This document shows, piece by piece, positions 19,238-29,229 of a stretch of 64,000 nucleotides of DNA. The DNA comes from an uncultured Rikenellaceae bacterium. GTDB taxonomy: Bacteria; Bacteroidota; Bacteroidia; Bacteroidales; VadinHA17. Location: assembly GCA_964466705.1 (NCBI GenBank), contig CAYXSM010000002.1, positions 76,983-140,982 of the forward strand, in the 5' to 3' direction. The notes beneath the pieces were generated by a model that ran no database searches, was not told the DNA's origin, and worked only from the letters and a program-made list of their open reading frames with translations. Position 1 is the first letter of the stretch; every line of letters begins with the position of its first letter. Made by a program: the position numbers and the translations under genes.

Positions 19238-20983
19238 TCAGATCTGAGAGGAATCAGTATTTCTTTTGCTTATTAAACTCTCCTCAGAAAAGTTTTCATC
19301 TTCAACGGTTATGAGTGCCGGTCTCTTTCTTCCCTTAAGAATTGCGTTGTAATTATCACCATCGTAAAGTATTTCAAGAGTTTTCAATATCTGTTCATCT
19401 TTATGCAGAGAGCTGGCAATAGCTCCTTCCTCATAGAAATACCGGCTTATTATTTCATTTTCAATTAATTCTGAAATCTCATTCCTGAAAGTAGCCAGAT
19501 CATGGTCAAGAGAATGATCAAGATCTTTTTCCAGCTTATGAAAAAGATCTTTGTGGAGATCATAGTATTTTTCATTTTTTGCATTTTCAATAAGCTGATT
19601 CAGTGATTCTTCAGTAACGGTTTTATAGCTGAAATTCCTGTTTACCAGAAAATCTCTGAAGTCGGTGTAATCTGCATCGGTGAAAGAAAATTCAGCCGGT
19701 GATTTAACACCAGGATGATTCCAGTAATACGATGTGGCAAAATCAAATATGTGATTACGCAGGTACAATTCAGCCGCTATCTGACTCATTGATTCGGGAA
19801 TGATTGTTACGTCCGGAGTTATCCCCCCGCCGTCCCTTACTATCCTGCCATTCTTTGTTTTAAATTCGGAAATAAGCGAATCAGGTATGATCCCCACGCT
19901 CCCATCCTCGTTTGGATGTGAGAAATCAAGTGCCTGTATACACCTTCCGCTTGGAATATAATATTTTGCGGTAGTGATTTTTAGCTGGTTATTGTAACTT
20001 AAGGGACGGGTGATCTGCACCAGGCCTTTTCCGTATGACCTCTGGCCGGTAATTATTCCCCTGTCGAGATCCTGAATGGCTCCGGCCACAATCTCCGATG
20101 CAGAAGCTGAACTTCTGCTTATAATTACTGCCAGTGGGATATTTTCGTCAACAGCAGGTTTTGTCGTTTTAAATACCTCATCAAACTGTTTTACCTTTCC
20201 TTTTGTTGATACCACTTCATTACCAGGTCCTACGAACAGATTTACAATTTCAACAGCTTCAGTAAGCAATCCTCCCGGATTTCCTCTCAGATCAAGGATC
20301 ATCTGCTTTGGATTATTTTTTCTGAGATCAATAAGTGCATTTCTGACATCCTGATAACAATTCTGTGTGAAATTTGTAAATCTTATGTAACCAGTTAAAG
20401 AATCTATCATTCCGTAAAAAGGAACAGGAGGGATCACAATTCTTTCCCGTTTTACATCGAAATCTATCTCTGTTCCGTTACGCTCTACGGTTATCTTAAC
20501 GATAGTACCCGGAATTCCCTTTAGTTTTTCGCTTACCTGTTCCGTTGAGTAGCCCTTAAGTATTATTCCATCAGCTTTTTTCAGAACATCACCGGCCCTG
20601 ATACCGGCAATGTCCGCAGGAAAACCCTTATATACCATCGAAATAACCGCGAACTGATCACCACCCCGGATGAGCGAACCAATGCCCCCGTATTTACCTG
20701 TAGTCATAAAAGCAACCTCGTCAATTTCCGATTCCGGATAATATACGGTATAGGGATCAAGGCTTTTCAGCATGTTGTCAATGCCTGTTCTGATTACCTT
20801 ATCCGGATTAATATCATCAACATAAAATGTGTTCAGCTCCCTGAAAAGAGACAGGAAAATATCAAGATTCTTTGCGATTCTGAAATCTCTTGTTTCCTGA
20901 TTTGCCAGGAATCCTGCACTTATGGCTGCAGTCATTAGTAACAACAGAACTATGATGACTTTTACACGATGAATTCTTTTCAT
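19238..20983 (-). CDS. ctp: S41-family C-terminal processing peptidase with PDZ domain
   Basis: RGNPGGLL and SRSSASASEIVAGA (catalytic Ser region). PDZ-like GDVLKKADG. N-terminal signal/anchor. Confidence 0.85.
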   Translation of the reverse strand: MKRIHRVKVIIVLLLLMTAAISAGFLANQETRDFRIAKNLDIFLSLFRELNTFYVDDINPDKVIRTGIDNMLKSLDPYTVYYPESEIDEVAFMTTGKYGGIGSLIRGGDQFAVISMVYKGFPADIAGIRAGDVLKKADGIILKGYSTEQVSEKLKGIPGTIVKITVERNGTEIDFDVKRERIVIPPVPFYGMIDSLTGYIRFTNFTQNCYQDVRNALIDLRKNNPKQMILDLRGNPGGLLTEAVEIVNLFVGPGNEVVSTKGKVKQFDEVFKTTKPAVDENIPLAVIISRSSASASEIVAGAIQDLDRGIITGQRSYGKGLVQITRPLSYNNQLKITTAKYYIPSGRCIQALDFSHPNEDGSVGIIPDSLISEFKTKNGRIVRDGGGITPDVTIIPESMSQIAAELYLRNHIFDFATSYYWNHPGVKSPAEFSFTDADYTDFRDFLVNRNFSYKTVTEESLNQLIENAKNEKYYDLHKDLFHKLEKDLDHSLDHDLATFRNEISELIENEIISRYFYEEGAIASSLHKDEQILKTLEILYDGDNYNAILKGRKRPALITVEDENFSEESLISKRNTDSSQI

Positions 20984-21063
20984 TGCACAAAAATTTTTTC
21001 AGAAAGGTGAAAATAGCAAGAAAATCCCACAATGATGTTGGGAAAGAAATTATTAAAACAACT

Positions 21064-21474
21064 TTAACATTTAATATCCCTTTCTTTAATAAGAGAGGTC
21101 AGCCTGGAAAATACATGTTTGATGTCTTGTTCTACAGTAGCGTAATCAGGAATTTCATTTTTCCTGAAGATCAGCATAATAACAATGCTGAGCTTTTTAT
21201 CCAGAAGAAACTTATAAAGATCCTGCTTGTTTTTTCTGTAAGCTTCCCGGATTCTTCTTCTGACAAGATTCCTGATAACTGCTTTCCTGAAACTTTTCTT
21301 TGTAACGCTTAAAACTATTTTTGCAGGAGGCGATCCTTCTTCCTCTTTGTTTACATTCCAGATAACCCTGAAACAAATTGTATGGAACTGACTGCCCTTT
21401 TCAAAAAGCTCCTCAATGGCTTTGACACCACAAAGTCTCTCAGCCTTTTTTAATGTTTGCCTGCGAATATTCAT
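21064..21474 (-). CDS. rnpA: ribonuclease P protein component
   Basis: 136-aa basic protein. LKKAERL...F..G start and RNLVRRRIREAYR RNR-like motif. Conserved position next to hemD and DUF4271. Confidence 0.8.
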   Translation of the reverse strand: MNIRRQTLKKAERLCGVKAIEELFEKGSQFHTICFRVIWNVNKEEEGSPPAKIVLSVTKKSFRKAVIRNLVRRRIREAYRKNKQDLYKFLLDKKLSIVIMLIFRKNEIPDYATVEQDIKHVFSRLTSLIKERDIKC

Positions 21475-21550
21475 TCCGGTCTCAGAATCAAACTGAACTG
21501 CCGGAAATAATGATATTGTTCCGGAGCATTGGGATAAATTTTAGCCAGGT

Positions 21551-22300
21551 TTATTTGCAGTTCTTGTTGTACTCTTTAAGAAATTCATCAATTGCCATTG
21601 TCATGGAAGGAGCTTTTGGATTGGGAGCGTTAATATCAAGCCTCAATCCTTCACTTTCAACCGCACAGGCCGTGGTTGGCCCGAACGCAGCAATTTTGAC
21701 GTCTCCCTGTTTGAAGTCAGGAAAGTTTTCTTTAAGAGATTTTATGCCTGAGGGACTGTAAAAAACAATAATATCGTAGTCGAAGTCTTTTGTTGAAAAG
21801 CGACTGCTTATCGTTCTGTACAGCGTCCCGATGGTATAGCTGATGTTATTTTTGTCAAGCAGCTCGGGTATTTCGGCATTGTGCGGCTCAGATAAAGGAA
21901 CAAAGAAATTATCATCCCTGTGCTTGATGATAATGTCGATCAGATCCTGAAATTTGGCTTTGCCGTGAAAAATCTTGCGTTTTCTGTAAACAATATACTT
22001 CTGAAGGTAAAACGCCACATTTTCAGTTATGCAAAAATACTTCATACTGTCCGGAACGGTGATCCTCAACTCATTGCAGATCCTGAAGAAATGATCAATG
22101 CCGGTTTTGCTTGTAAAAACTACTGCGGAGAAATCAAGAATGTTGATTTTCTGCTGACGGAAATCCTTTGATGTAATCCCTTCAACCTTAATAAATGGTT
22201 TAAAGTCAATTTTAAGATTGTACTTTTTTGCCAGTTCGTGGTACGGGGATTTTGAATTGTTTGGTTCTGGCTGCGATACTAGTATTTTCTTTATTTTCAA
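21551..22300 (-). CDS. hemD: uroporphyrinogen-III synthase-like protein (HemD family)
   Basis: 249 aa. ILVSQP... start and two-lobe HemD-like layout. It sits in the DUF4271-hemD-rnpA arrangement typical of Bacteroidota. Confidence 0.65.
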   Translation of the reverse strand: MKIKKILVSQPEPNNSKSPYHELAKKYNLKIDFKPFIKVEGITSKDFRQQKINILDFSAVVFTSKTGIDHFFRICNELRITVPDSMKYFCITENVAFYLQKYIVYRKRKIFHGKAKFQDLIDIIIKHRDDNFFVPLSEPHNAEIPELLDKNNISYTIGTLYRTISSRFSTKDFDYDIIVFYSPSGIKSLKENFPDFKQGDVKIAAFGPTTACAVESEGLRLDINAPNPKAPSMTMAIDEFLKEYNKNCK

Positions 22301-22346
22301 ATCCTTACAGATTTAATTTCGACCTTTAAGTAATCCTCACCATGAT

Positions 22347-23375
22347 TCAAGAACCGCCTGTAAAATATTTTAACAGCATCAAAACAGGCAGAATTTCAAG
22401 GGCACAAAGGTACAAAATCAAATATAAAATTGAAATATTCCTTTTGATAAAAATCAAAAAGAACCTCAGAATGCGAAAAATGTAAATAAAAAACAACAAT
22501 ATAAGTGCGAGAATAAAATAACTCTCTGGATTTAAAATAGTGGTGAAAGTAACCAAAAGAGTGAAAACAAAAACCGGTATAGCGAAAAAATTATACGATT
22601 GATAAATACTGGCGACATATTCATTAAAAATATCAGATTTTCCGCTCAGATGGCCTGTAACAAAACACGAAACGTGTCTTAAGGTGATTGCAGCAACAAT
22701 AATCATGAACGCCAGCACTATGAATATCGCGGGAGACAAGCCTTCGGGAACTAATCCATACCATGCAGCACCACAGTATATGAACAGGCTCAACACAATA
22801 TAAGATATAATATTAAGCATTATCTGCCTCCTGTAAAAAAGGGTGTCTGATCCACGGCCGTGTGTTTCCCTTGTTCCGCGGAGCAAAAAGAATCTGGCGG
22901 CTTCAGGAATAAGAGATCTGGCGGTATTACGGATCATCATATACAAGACAGCTGCCAGCAGGATAAATATTGTCAGCCAGTCGTTGTGGATCGGTTTTTC
23001 CGGCAGAGGCCAGCCCTGTATCTGTTTTTCGCCTGTATGAGCAATTGAATCCTGTCCGGAAAAATGATTTCCCCCCTCATCCCTGAACAGGATTCCGTTA
23101 ATTGGTAAAAGATCAGTAGTTTTGATATAACTGCCTGATTTAAATAAAGCAAAGTCATTATTTCTATTTCCCGGTGAAACTATTACGGAATCCTCATTGA
23201 AAACCGGGACAGGCGAAGATTCCGGCACTGATCTTACTGCCTGAGGTATGTCTGCAGATTCTTCAGCCCGTATATCTATCTTATCAAAAACTGAGTCAGG
23301 TATAAGGTCCTTCGTGTTTATACGTATAACAAATGCGGGCTTCAGGGTATCCTGTATGTTAATACCAGTAGTCAT
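22347..23375 (-). CDS. DUF4271-family membrane protein
   Basis: Soluble N-terminal half followed by about 6 TM helices. Syntenic with hemD-rnpA, as in other Bacteroidota. Confidence 0.55.
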   Translation of the reverse strand: MTTGINIQDTLKPAFVIRINTKDLIPDSVFDKIDIRAEESADIPQAVRSVPESSPVPVFNEDSVIVSPGNRNNDFALFKSGSYIKTTDLLPINGILFRDEGGNHFSGQDSIAHTGEKQIQGWPLPEKPIHNDWLTIFILLAAVLYMMIRNTARSLIPEAARFFLLRGTRETHGRGSDTLFYRRQIMLNIISYIVLSLFIYCGAAWYGLVPEGLSPAIFIVLAFMIIVAAITLRHVSCFVTGHLSGKSDIFNEYVASIYQSYNFFAIPVFVFTLLVTFTTILNPESYFILALILLFFIYIFRILRFFLIFIKRNISILYLILYLCALEILPVLMLLKYFTGGS

Positions 23376-23448
23376 GATACTTCTGTGAAGTAATTCACAA
23401 AGGTAGTTATTAAAATAAGTTTACAGGTTGTGTCAGCTGACTGGAGGA

Positions 23449-24321
23449 TCAGAAATATTTGTTCGTGGTGCCGGAAATATCCGTTAAAACATTATTTGCC
23501 AGCCTGCTTGCTCCTATTCTGAAAAGTGAATTGTTAAGCCAGTCTTCCCCCAGACAGTTTTTTACAATATGATAATAAATAACTGCATCGGCTGAATTAA
23601 CGATACCTCCTGAAGCCTTGAACCCCACTTTAATACCTGTTTCGGCATAAAATCCGGAAATTGCGTTGCACATCACGAAAGCAGCCTCCGGGGTTGCCGA
23701 AACAATTGTTTTACCGGTGGAAGTTTTAATAAAATCAGCTCCTGCGTCCATGGCGATCATCGAAGCCTGGAATATTTGCTCATAACTTCCTATCAGCCCC
23801 GATTCAACAATTACTTTAAGTGTTCTGTTGCCAACAGCTTCACGGATCTCTCTGATTTCATTGGCTACCATTGCAAAATCATTACCAAGAAATGCTCCCA
23901 CAGGTAAAACTATATCTATTTCATCGGCTCCGGCTTCCACTGCCATTTTACATTCATTCAGCTTAATGCTCCTGAAAGTCTGGGAGCTTGGAAAAGCTCC
24001 GGCAACGGAAGCTATTTTAACACTTTTCACCGTGAGTTTCTCCCTTACAACCGAAACAAAATTCGGATAAACACAAATCGCGGCAACATTTGGAATGTTT
24101 GAAAACCTTGAGGAAAAACTGTTGACCTTTCCTGTCAGATGAAGGATGTTACTTTTATTGTCCTCAGTATTCAGACTTGTCAGGTCAATGGAATTTAAGA
24201 TACTCATTAAGTAACGCTTTTCCGGTATCTCTGATGCCTGTTCAACTGATTTTTTAAGTCCTTTTCTTATTTCAGCTTCAGAGGGGCACAGCTTGATCAG
24301 TTTTTGATAGAGCTTTGTCAT
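23449..24321 (-). CDS. deoC: deoxyribose-phosphate aldolase (long form)
   Basis: DeoC TIM-barrel blocks: IDLTSLN, VAAICVYP, GADEIDIV, FIKTSTGK (Schiff-base Lys region) and KASGGI. Confidence 0.85.
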   Translation of the reverse strand: MTKLYQKLIKLCPSEAEIRKGLKKSVEQASEIPEKRYLMSILNSIDLTSLNTEDNKSNILHLTGKVNSFSSRFSNIPNVAAICVYPNFVSVVREKLTVKSVKIASVAGAFPSSQTFRSIKLNECKMAVEAGADEIDIVLPVGAFLGNDFAMVANEIREIREAVGNRTLKVIVESGLIGSYEQIFQASMIAMDAGADFIKTSTGKTIVSATPEAAFVMCNAISGFYAETGIKVGFKASGGIVNSADAVIYYHIVKNCLGEDWLNNSLFRIGASRLANNVLTDISGTTNKYF

Positions 24322-24355
24322 GAGTTAATTCTTGTATAAAACAATTGTCGTAAAA

Positions 24356-24631
24356 ATGAAGAACAAGAACGGGGACAATTTAATGTTTTTTGTTTTCATT
24401 GTCATTTTATTTTCAACAATTAGTTGCTCAAAAATGAGAAAATACGGATTTGACGGAAAATTGCCGGGAACAGATCTTCACTTCAGCGAAATATCCGCCG
24501 GGGAAGGGATGCACAGGACATTAACTGAATGCCGTGCTGACAGCATGATCATGCTCAGGGCTAAGTATCTTCCCCCTGGCGGAGAAGGTTGCCATGGCTG
24601 GTTTTTACCGGGATCAGCCATTGGGCAATAA
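24356..24631 (+). CDS. candidate small lipoprotein (very uncertain; may be non-coding or a gene remnant)
   Basis: MKNKNGDNLMFFVFIVILFSTISC|SK lipobox-like start and 91 codons. The region also carries strong RNA-like stems, and a second ORF continues in another frame. Confidence 0.25.
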   Translation: MKNKNGDNLMFFVFIVILFSTISCSKMRKYGFDGKLPGTDLHFSEISAGEGMHRTLTECRADSMIMLRAKYLPPGGEGCHGWFLPGSAIGQ

Positions 24632-24848
24632 TTTTCCCCGGGAAGCTGTTTTCGAAAGGATATCTGGGTGCAAAGATTCAGGATATACCATAGGAATTTA
24701 TGCTTCGACTGACAGATCAACAGGTGAAGCGTGCAGAGGTGTTTATGCAATGATCCGGCAAAAAGCAACAGTCGTTTCAAGAACACTTGCCTTTGATACA
24801 GTGTCACGGGAAATTTCCGGGTGCAATGTTCGATGCCTGTATTTATTT

Positions 24849-26363
24849 TCAGTCAATGTTTGTCCGGAATCTTATTCGTTCCTCGCGGCAGATTTTTCTA
24901 ATAAGTCTTCTGGCTGAAATTACCCCGGTCGGAAGCCCCCCGCCCGGTTCTACCCATTGACCGCACATATAGAAGTTCTTTAATCCCGGCAGCTTCTGCG
25001 ACATGGGTCTCATAATTACACCTGAATTCTCCGGGGTTATTAGCCAGCCTTCAAAACTGCCCTGCCAGTTGCCTGTATAACGTTCAAAAGTCAGGGGAGT
25101 GGCAATATCAATTACCTCAATATCTGATTTGATACCTGGAAAACGCTGTTCAAGTATGTCAGATATTATTTCTGAAATCTCATTTTTTTTAAGCAGGTAT
25201 TCATTTCTGTCCGAGGCAAATTTTTCCCAGTAATCATATCGCGAAGAGATCATTACTGTGATTGCTGATTTTCCGGCCGGAGCCAGTGAAGGATCATGAT
25301 TATAAATATGAATCCAGATCCTGTTGTGCACTGAATCCGCTATTTCAACAGGCTGCTTAAGTGGAAAACTGAAGCCCGATACAGACAAAGGTTCATTGTT
25401 AAATGTACGCTTTACACCAATACCAGCATAAATCAGAGGTTGAAATATAGGCCATTTGTCATATGGTTCCCTGATTTTATCGTTGACAAACTGTCCTTTG
25501 AGCATTCTGAAAATTGTACTGTATCCGTCAGCTGCCGAAATGACTCTCGTGGAGCGATACTCTGTTCCGTCTTCCAGCCTTACTCCGGTGGCTTTGTCCT
25601 GATCAACAATTATCTCATTAACCTTTTTTTTGTACATGAGCTCACCTCCAAGGCTCAGATACCTTTTTGCCATGGCCTCTGACATAGGCATTGAACCCCC
25701 TATAGGATAGCCGGCGTTTTTATTGTGAAGATATGAGAATGTGAAAAACATAAAAACGATCGAAAATTCCGGCATCCACATTTCTTTGAAAGCTTCACGC
25801 AGAAGCGGGTCTTTAAAACGTTCGGCAAAATCTCTGGCAGAGACCTTCATCCATTTTTGAATTTCTTTAGCGTTAATCAACAGAGAATAGCCGGAATATA
25901 TTCTTTTCAGAATCCGCCGGACCAGAGATACTCTTTTTGATGGCTGATTGAACGGATGACACATTTTTATACCGGAAATGAATTCTTTGACAGGGCCTTT
26001 GTCCTGAGGTGAGAACTCAATCAGATGTTTCTCAAGGCGGTTAATATCTGTATAGAAAATGACGGTGCGGCCATCCGGACCTTCAAAACGCATGTACTCA
26101 TCCATATTTATAAACCTGCGCCCCCGGGCAATGCCAACCTCTTCCCAGTATCTGTAGAATGCGCTGAGCGGAGATGAACCGACAAGCCAGTGGATACAAC
26201 CATCAAAAGTATAGTCTTTGCGTATCCACGATGTGCACAGACCTCCTGGTTTATCGTGCATCTCAAATATCATTGTTTTAAAACCATTCATCCGGGCATA
26301 AATACCGGCTGACATACCTGCAAATCCTGCGCCGATGATAATCATGGTGTTGTCATTTTTCAT
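24849..26363 (-). CDS. phytoene-desaturase-family FAD-dependent oxidoreductase (CrtI/RetSat-like)
   Basis: N-terminal IIIGAGFAGMSAG...E dinucleotide fold. About 500 aa. C-terminal GQWVEPGGGLPTG block typical of the CrtI family. Confidence 0.7.
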   Translation of the reverse strand: MKNDNTMIIIGAGFAGMSAGIYARMNGFKTMIFEMHDKPGGLCTSWIRKDYTFDGCIHWLVGSSPLSAFYRYWEEVGIARGRRFINMDEYMRFEGPDGRTVIFYTDINRLEKHLIEFSPQDKGPVKEFISGIKMCHPFNQPSKRVSLVRRILKRIYSGYSLLINAKEIQKWMKVSARDFAERFKDPLLREAFKEMWMPEFSIVFMFFTFSYLHNKNAGYPIGGSMPMSEAMAKRYLSLGGELMYKKKVNEIIVDQDKATGVRLEDGTEYRSTRVISAADGYSTIFRMLKGQFVNDKIREPYDKWPIFQPLIYAGIGVKRTFNNEPLSVSGFSFPLKQPVEIADSVHNRIWIHIYNHDPSLAPAGKSAITVMISSRYDYWEKFASDRNEYLLKKNEISEIISDILEQRFPGIKSDIEVIDIATPLTFERYTGNWQGSFEGWLITPENSGVIMRPMSQKLPGLKNFYMCGQWVEPGGGLPTGVISARRLIRKICREERIRFRTNID

Positions 26364-26480
26364 AACGGGCTGGTATTTTTCAATTATTCTGAATTTATAG
26401 GAGAGAGATTAATCTGAGTAGTGTATTCGGAAATGAAGTTAAGAAATCCATATATAATCATGCCGGTTATCCAAAGTAAA

Positions 26481-26500
26481 TTTGCAGACCTGACTGCAAA
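26481..26500 (-). terminator. candidate terminator for the dtd-MFS transcript
   Basis: 7-bp stem TTTGCAG/CTGCAAA with a 6-nt loop, followed on the minus strand by TTTACTTT. It lies about 100 nt past the MFS stop. Confidence 0.4.
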
Positions 26501-26602
26501 GGAATAAGGTTTCAAATAATGTGTCCTGATCAGATTCACCATAGACGGCCTTTTATGAATTTTATGCAGAACCGCAGGTATTTGTAATCATTACCTTAAT
26601 GA

Positions 26603-28015
26603 TTAACCGGGATCATTAGCGGCTGACAATTTTCCGTTTCTTGCCAGTGATGCAAAAATTCCAAGAATACAGAGTGCGGAAAAAACCGCAAAACCGGTCC
26701 TCATTGCTGCAACAAGTCCCGGAAAAGTATCCGGCACAATGGTTTCCTGTCCGATGTAAACAGCCAGAAGCATCATGGCTATACCCATGCTGAGCATCTG
26801 TCCCACCATCCTCATTGTACCAACTACTCCGGATGCAACACCAAGATGTTTCTTTTCAACAGAGCTCATTATAGCATTTGAGTTGGGAGATGAAAAAAGT
26901 GCAAACCCAGTCCCCATAATAACAAGAAGAAATATTATCAGATACACCGGACTGGATTCACTTATAAAGCAAAGCATTATAAGTCCCGCCGAGGTAAGTC
27001 CCATGCCTGCAGAAGCAATAATCCCCGGGTTGTACTTGTCAGATAACTTTCCGGCAAAGGGTGATAAAAGAGCCATCATCACGGGTTGAGAGATCATGAT
27101 AAATCCTGCCGAACGGGCGTCAAGCCCTTTAAGGTATTGCAGATAAAGACTTATAAAAAAGCCTGTGGCTGAAGTGGCTGAATAATGAATCAAAGCTGCG
27201 AGTCCGGAAAAGGCAAAAATCCTGTTGCGGAGAATAAGCCTTATATCGAATACCGGATTCTGAAGGGTTTTTTCAAAAAAGATAAAAGATATGCCCAGAA
27301 TTATTCCGCTTCCAAGAAAGATCCATCCTGCAGCCGATGGAAGCTTTGAAAAACCGTACATGAATGACGCAAGCGAAATTCCGTAAACAAGGGATCCCTT
27401 CCAGTCAAATCTTTCACCTTCCGATTCAGCCCATTCGGCTCTTATTTTATTAAATATCAAGTATATTGAAGCTATTCCTACCGGCAGAAGAAAAACAAAG
27501 ATACTTCTCCACCCCAGGTATTGTGTTAACAAACCTCCGATTACAGGACCTCCGGAAAGCCCTGTATACACGGCAGTGATATTGATCCCCATCGCCCTGC
27601 CACGTTCGCCCGGCTCGAAAACAGAAGTTAATATGGCGAGACTTGTGCCAAATATCATGGCACCGGCAATACCTTGTATTATTCTGAAAAAAATGAGGGA
27701 TCCGAAATTCCAGGAAAAAATTATCAGAAATGTTGAGAGGGTAAATAGTATTATACCACCGGTAAAAACTTTCTTTCTTCCAATTATGTCAGCAAGTCTT
27801 CCGAAGGGAAGCAGGAAAATTGCAGATGAAAGTATAAAGCTGCTGGCAATCCATCCAAGCTCAACGGCAGTCGTGTTAAAATCCCTTCCAATTGCAGGCA
27901 GCGCAAGATTTATTGCAGAACCCAGAAAAGGCGTCAGAAAAGCAGCAAATGCCGACACCAGCAAAACGGATCTTTTAATTTTTTTTTCGTCTGCCAGGCG
28001 ATCATTATCCCTCAT
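26603..28015 (-). CDS. MFS transporter, 14-TMS DHA2 (EmrB/QacA-like) type
   Basis: 470 aa with about 14 TM helices. Motif A-like GRLADIIGRKK after TM2. Confidence 0.8.
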   Translation of the reverse strand: MRDNDRLADEKKIKRSVLLVSAFAAFLTPFLGSAINLALPAIGRDFNTTAVELGWIASSFILSSAIFLLPFGRLADIIGRKKVFTGGIILFTLSTFLIIFSWNFGSLIFFRIIQGIAGAMIFGTSLAILTSVFEPGERGRAMGINITAVYTGLSGGPVIGGLLTQYLGWRSIFVFLLPVGIASIYLIFNKIRAEWAESEGERFDWKGSLVYGISLASFMYGFSKLPSAAGWIFLGSGIILGISFIFFEKTLQNPVFDIRLILRNRIFAFSGLAALIHYSATSATGFFISLYLQYLKGLDARSAGFIMISQPVMMALLSPFAGKLSDKYNPGIIASAGMGLTSAGLIMLCFISESSPVYLIIFLLVIMGTGFALFSSPNSNAIMSSVEKKHLGVASGVVGTMRMVGQMLSMGIAMMLLAVYIGQETIVPDTFPGLVAAMRTGFAVFSALCILGIFASLARNGKLSAANDPG

Positions 28016-28021
28016 CAGAAC

Positions 28022-28474
28022 TTATTCTTTGTTTTTTGTATCAATGATTATTGTCACAGGTCCGTCATTATGGATCTCAACCATCATCATCGCTCCGAAC
28101 TTACCTGTACCAACCGGCTTCCCCAGAAGTCCGGTAAGTGATGATATAAATCCCTCATATAACGGAACCGCAATGTCAGGATGAGCGGCTTTGATGTATG
28201 ATGGCCTGTTTCCCTTTTTTGTTTTTGCATGAAGAGTGAACTGGCTTACCACTAATATTTCGCCACTGGTCTCCAGTATGGACAGATTCATCACTCCATC
28301 ATTGTCATTGAATATCCTGAGGTTTGCAATTTTGTTGCTCAGCCACTCTGCATCTTCCTGACTGTCTGCCTCTTCAACTCCTGTAAAAACCACCAGCCCG
28401 GGTCCTATTGACGATAGAACCTCCTTGCCGGTGCTGACTGAAGCCTTGCTTACACGCTGGATCACAGCTCTCAT
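28022..28474 (-). CDS. dtd: D-aminoacyl-tRNA deacylase
   Basis: MRAVIQRV start, SQFTL and GxF..M..V motifs. 150 aa. Confidence 0.9.
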   Translation of the reverse strand: MRAVIQRVSKASVSTGKEVLSSIGPGLVVFTGVEEADSQEDAEWLSNKIANLRIFNDNDGVMNLSILETSGEILVVSQFTLHAKTKKGNRPSYIKAAHPDIAVPLYEGFISSLTGLLGKPVGTGKFGAMMMVEIHNDGPVTIIIDTKNKE

Positions 28475-28564
28475 TTATCAGGGTTTTTAAGTTTTCAAAT
28501 ATACAACCTATTTAAGAAAGCCCTGTACGATTTTTTATGTATGTTTGAAGTCCATTTATGCCTT

Positions 28565-29125
28565 ATGGACTTCCTCACAATTGTAGCAGTTGCGATCGGA
28601 TTGTCATTTGATACTTTTGCGGTGTCTCTTTCATTTGGTGTCATTCAGAACGGAATCCGCTTCCGCCAGGCATTCCGGGTAGCTATAGTGCTTGCGTTTT
28701 TTCAGGCAGGATTACTTGTTGCCGGATTTTTTCTAGGATCATTTGTCAGTGAGGCATTTAAAGCAGCAGATCACTGGATTGCACTTGTCCTGTTAGTATT
28801 TCTCGGCATCAGAATGATTGCTGACGGATTGAGGAACAGTGAAAAGAGTGAAATTAGAGATTATACCAGATTACCTGTTCTTCTGGCAGCCGGGATAGGT
28901 ACAAGTATCGATGCTTTTGCTGTGGGGATAAGTTTTGCCCTGCTTAATATGAGGATCTGGATATCGGGAATTATTATTGGCATAGTCACTTTCTTTGCAT
29001 CGATGACAGCAATAAGAATAGGTAAATCAGCCGGAGAGCGGCTTGGGCAGAAAGTTGAAATCGCGGGAGGAATTATTCTGATTCTTATAGGGATCAAGAT
29101 ATTCCTGGAACATACCCTTCAATAA
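28565..29125 (+). CDS. mntP: manganese efflux pump MntP
   Basis: Duplicated SxDxFAVG-type motifs (LSFDTFAVSLSFG and TSIDAFAVGISFA) with six TM helices. The ATG at 28565 gives a canonical N-terminus; the ORF track starts at 28541. Confidence 0.8.
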   Translation: MDFLTIVAVAIGLSFDTFAVSLSFGVIQNGIRFRQAFRVAIVLAFFQAGLLVAGFFLGSFVSEAFKAADHWIALVLLVFLGIRMIADGLRNSEKSEIRDYTRLPVLLAAGIGTSIDAFAVGISFALLNMRIWISGIIIGIVTFFASMTAIRIGKSAGERLGQKVEIAGGIILILIGIKIFLEHTLQ

Positions 29126-29229
29126 GAAATGTAATTCTTAAGAAACAGGACCTGATTTTCATTCTTGGGTAAGCCCGCCCGACTTTTCCGGTGCACTTGC
29201 TGAGTTATTACAGGTCAGGATCCGCCTTG

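Noticed and set aside
24400-24848. Possibility that the structured spacer is RNase P RNA, tmRNA, SRP RNA or a purine/cobalamin riboswitch
   Set aside because: I looked on both strands and found none of these: the RNase P P4 strands (AGGAAAGTCCGG / ACAGAACCCGGCTTA-like), the tmRNA GGGG...CCACCA ends and tag reading frame, the SRP GGAA/AGCA motifs, or the B12-box. The region is kept only as an unclassified finding.
27576-28184. 202-aa plus-strand ORF spanning the MFS/dtd junction
   Set aside because: It is antisense to two strongly motif-supported genes and crosses their boundary. The sequence is low-complexity and Pro/Ser/Ile-rich.
28475-28564. Expected yybP-ykoY manganese riboswitch upstream of mntP
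   Set aside because: Only about 66-90 nt of AT-rich spacer is available, and I could see no four-way-junction-like conserved core.
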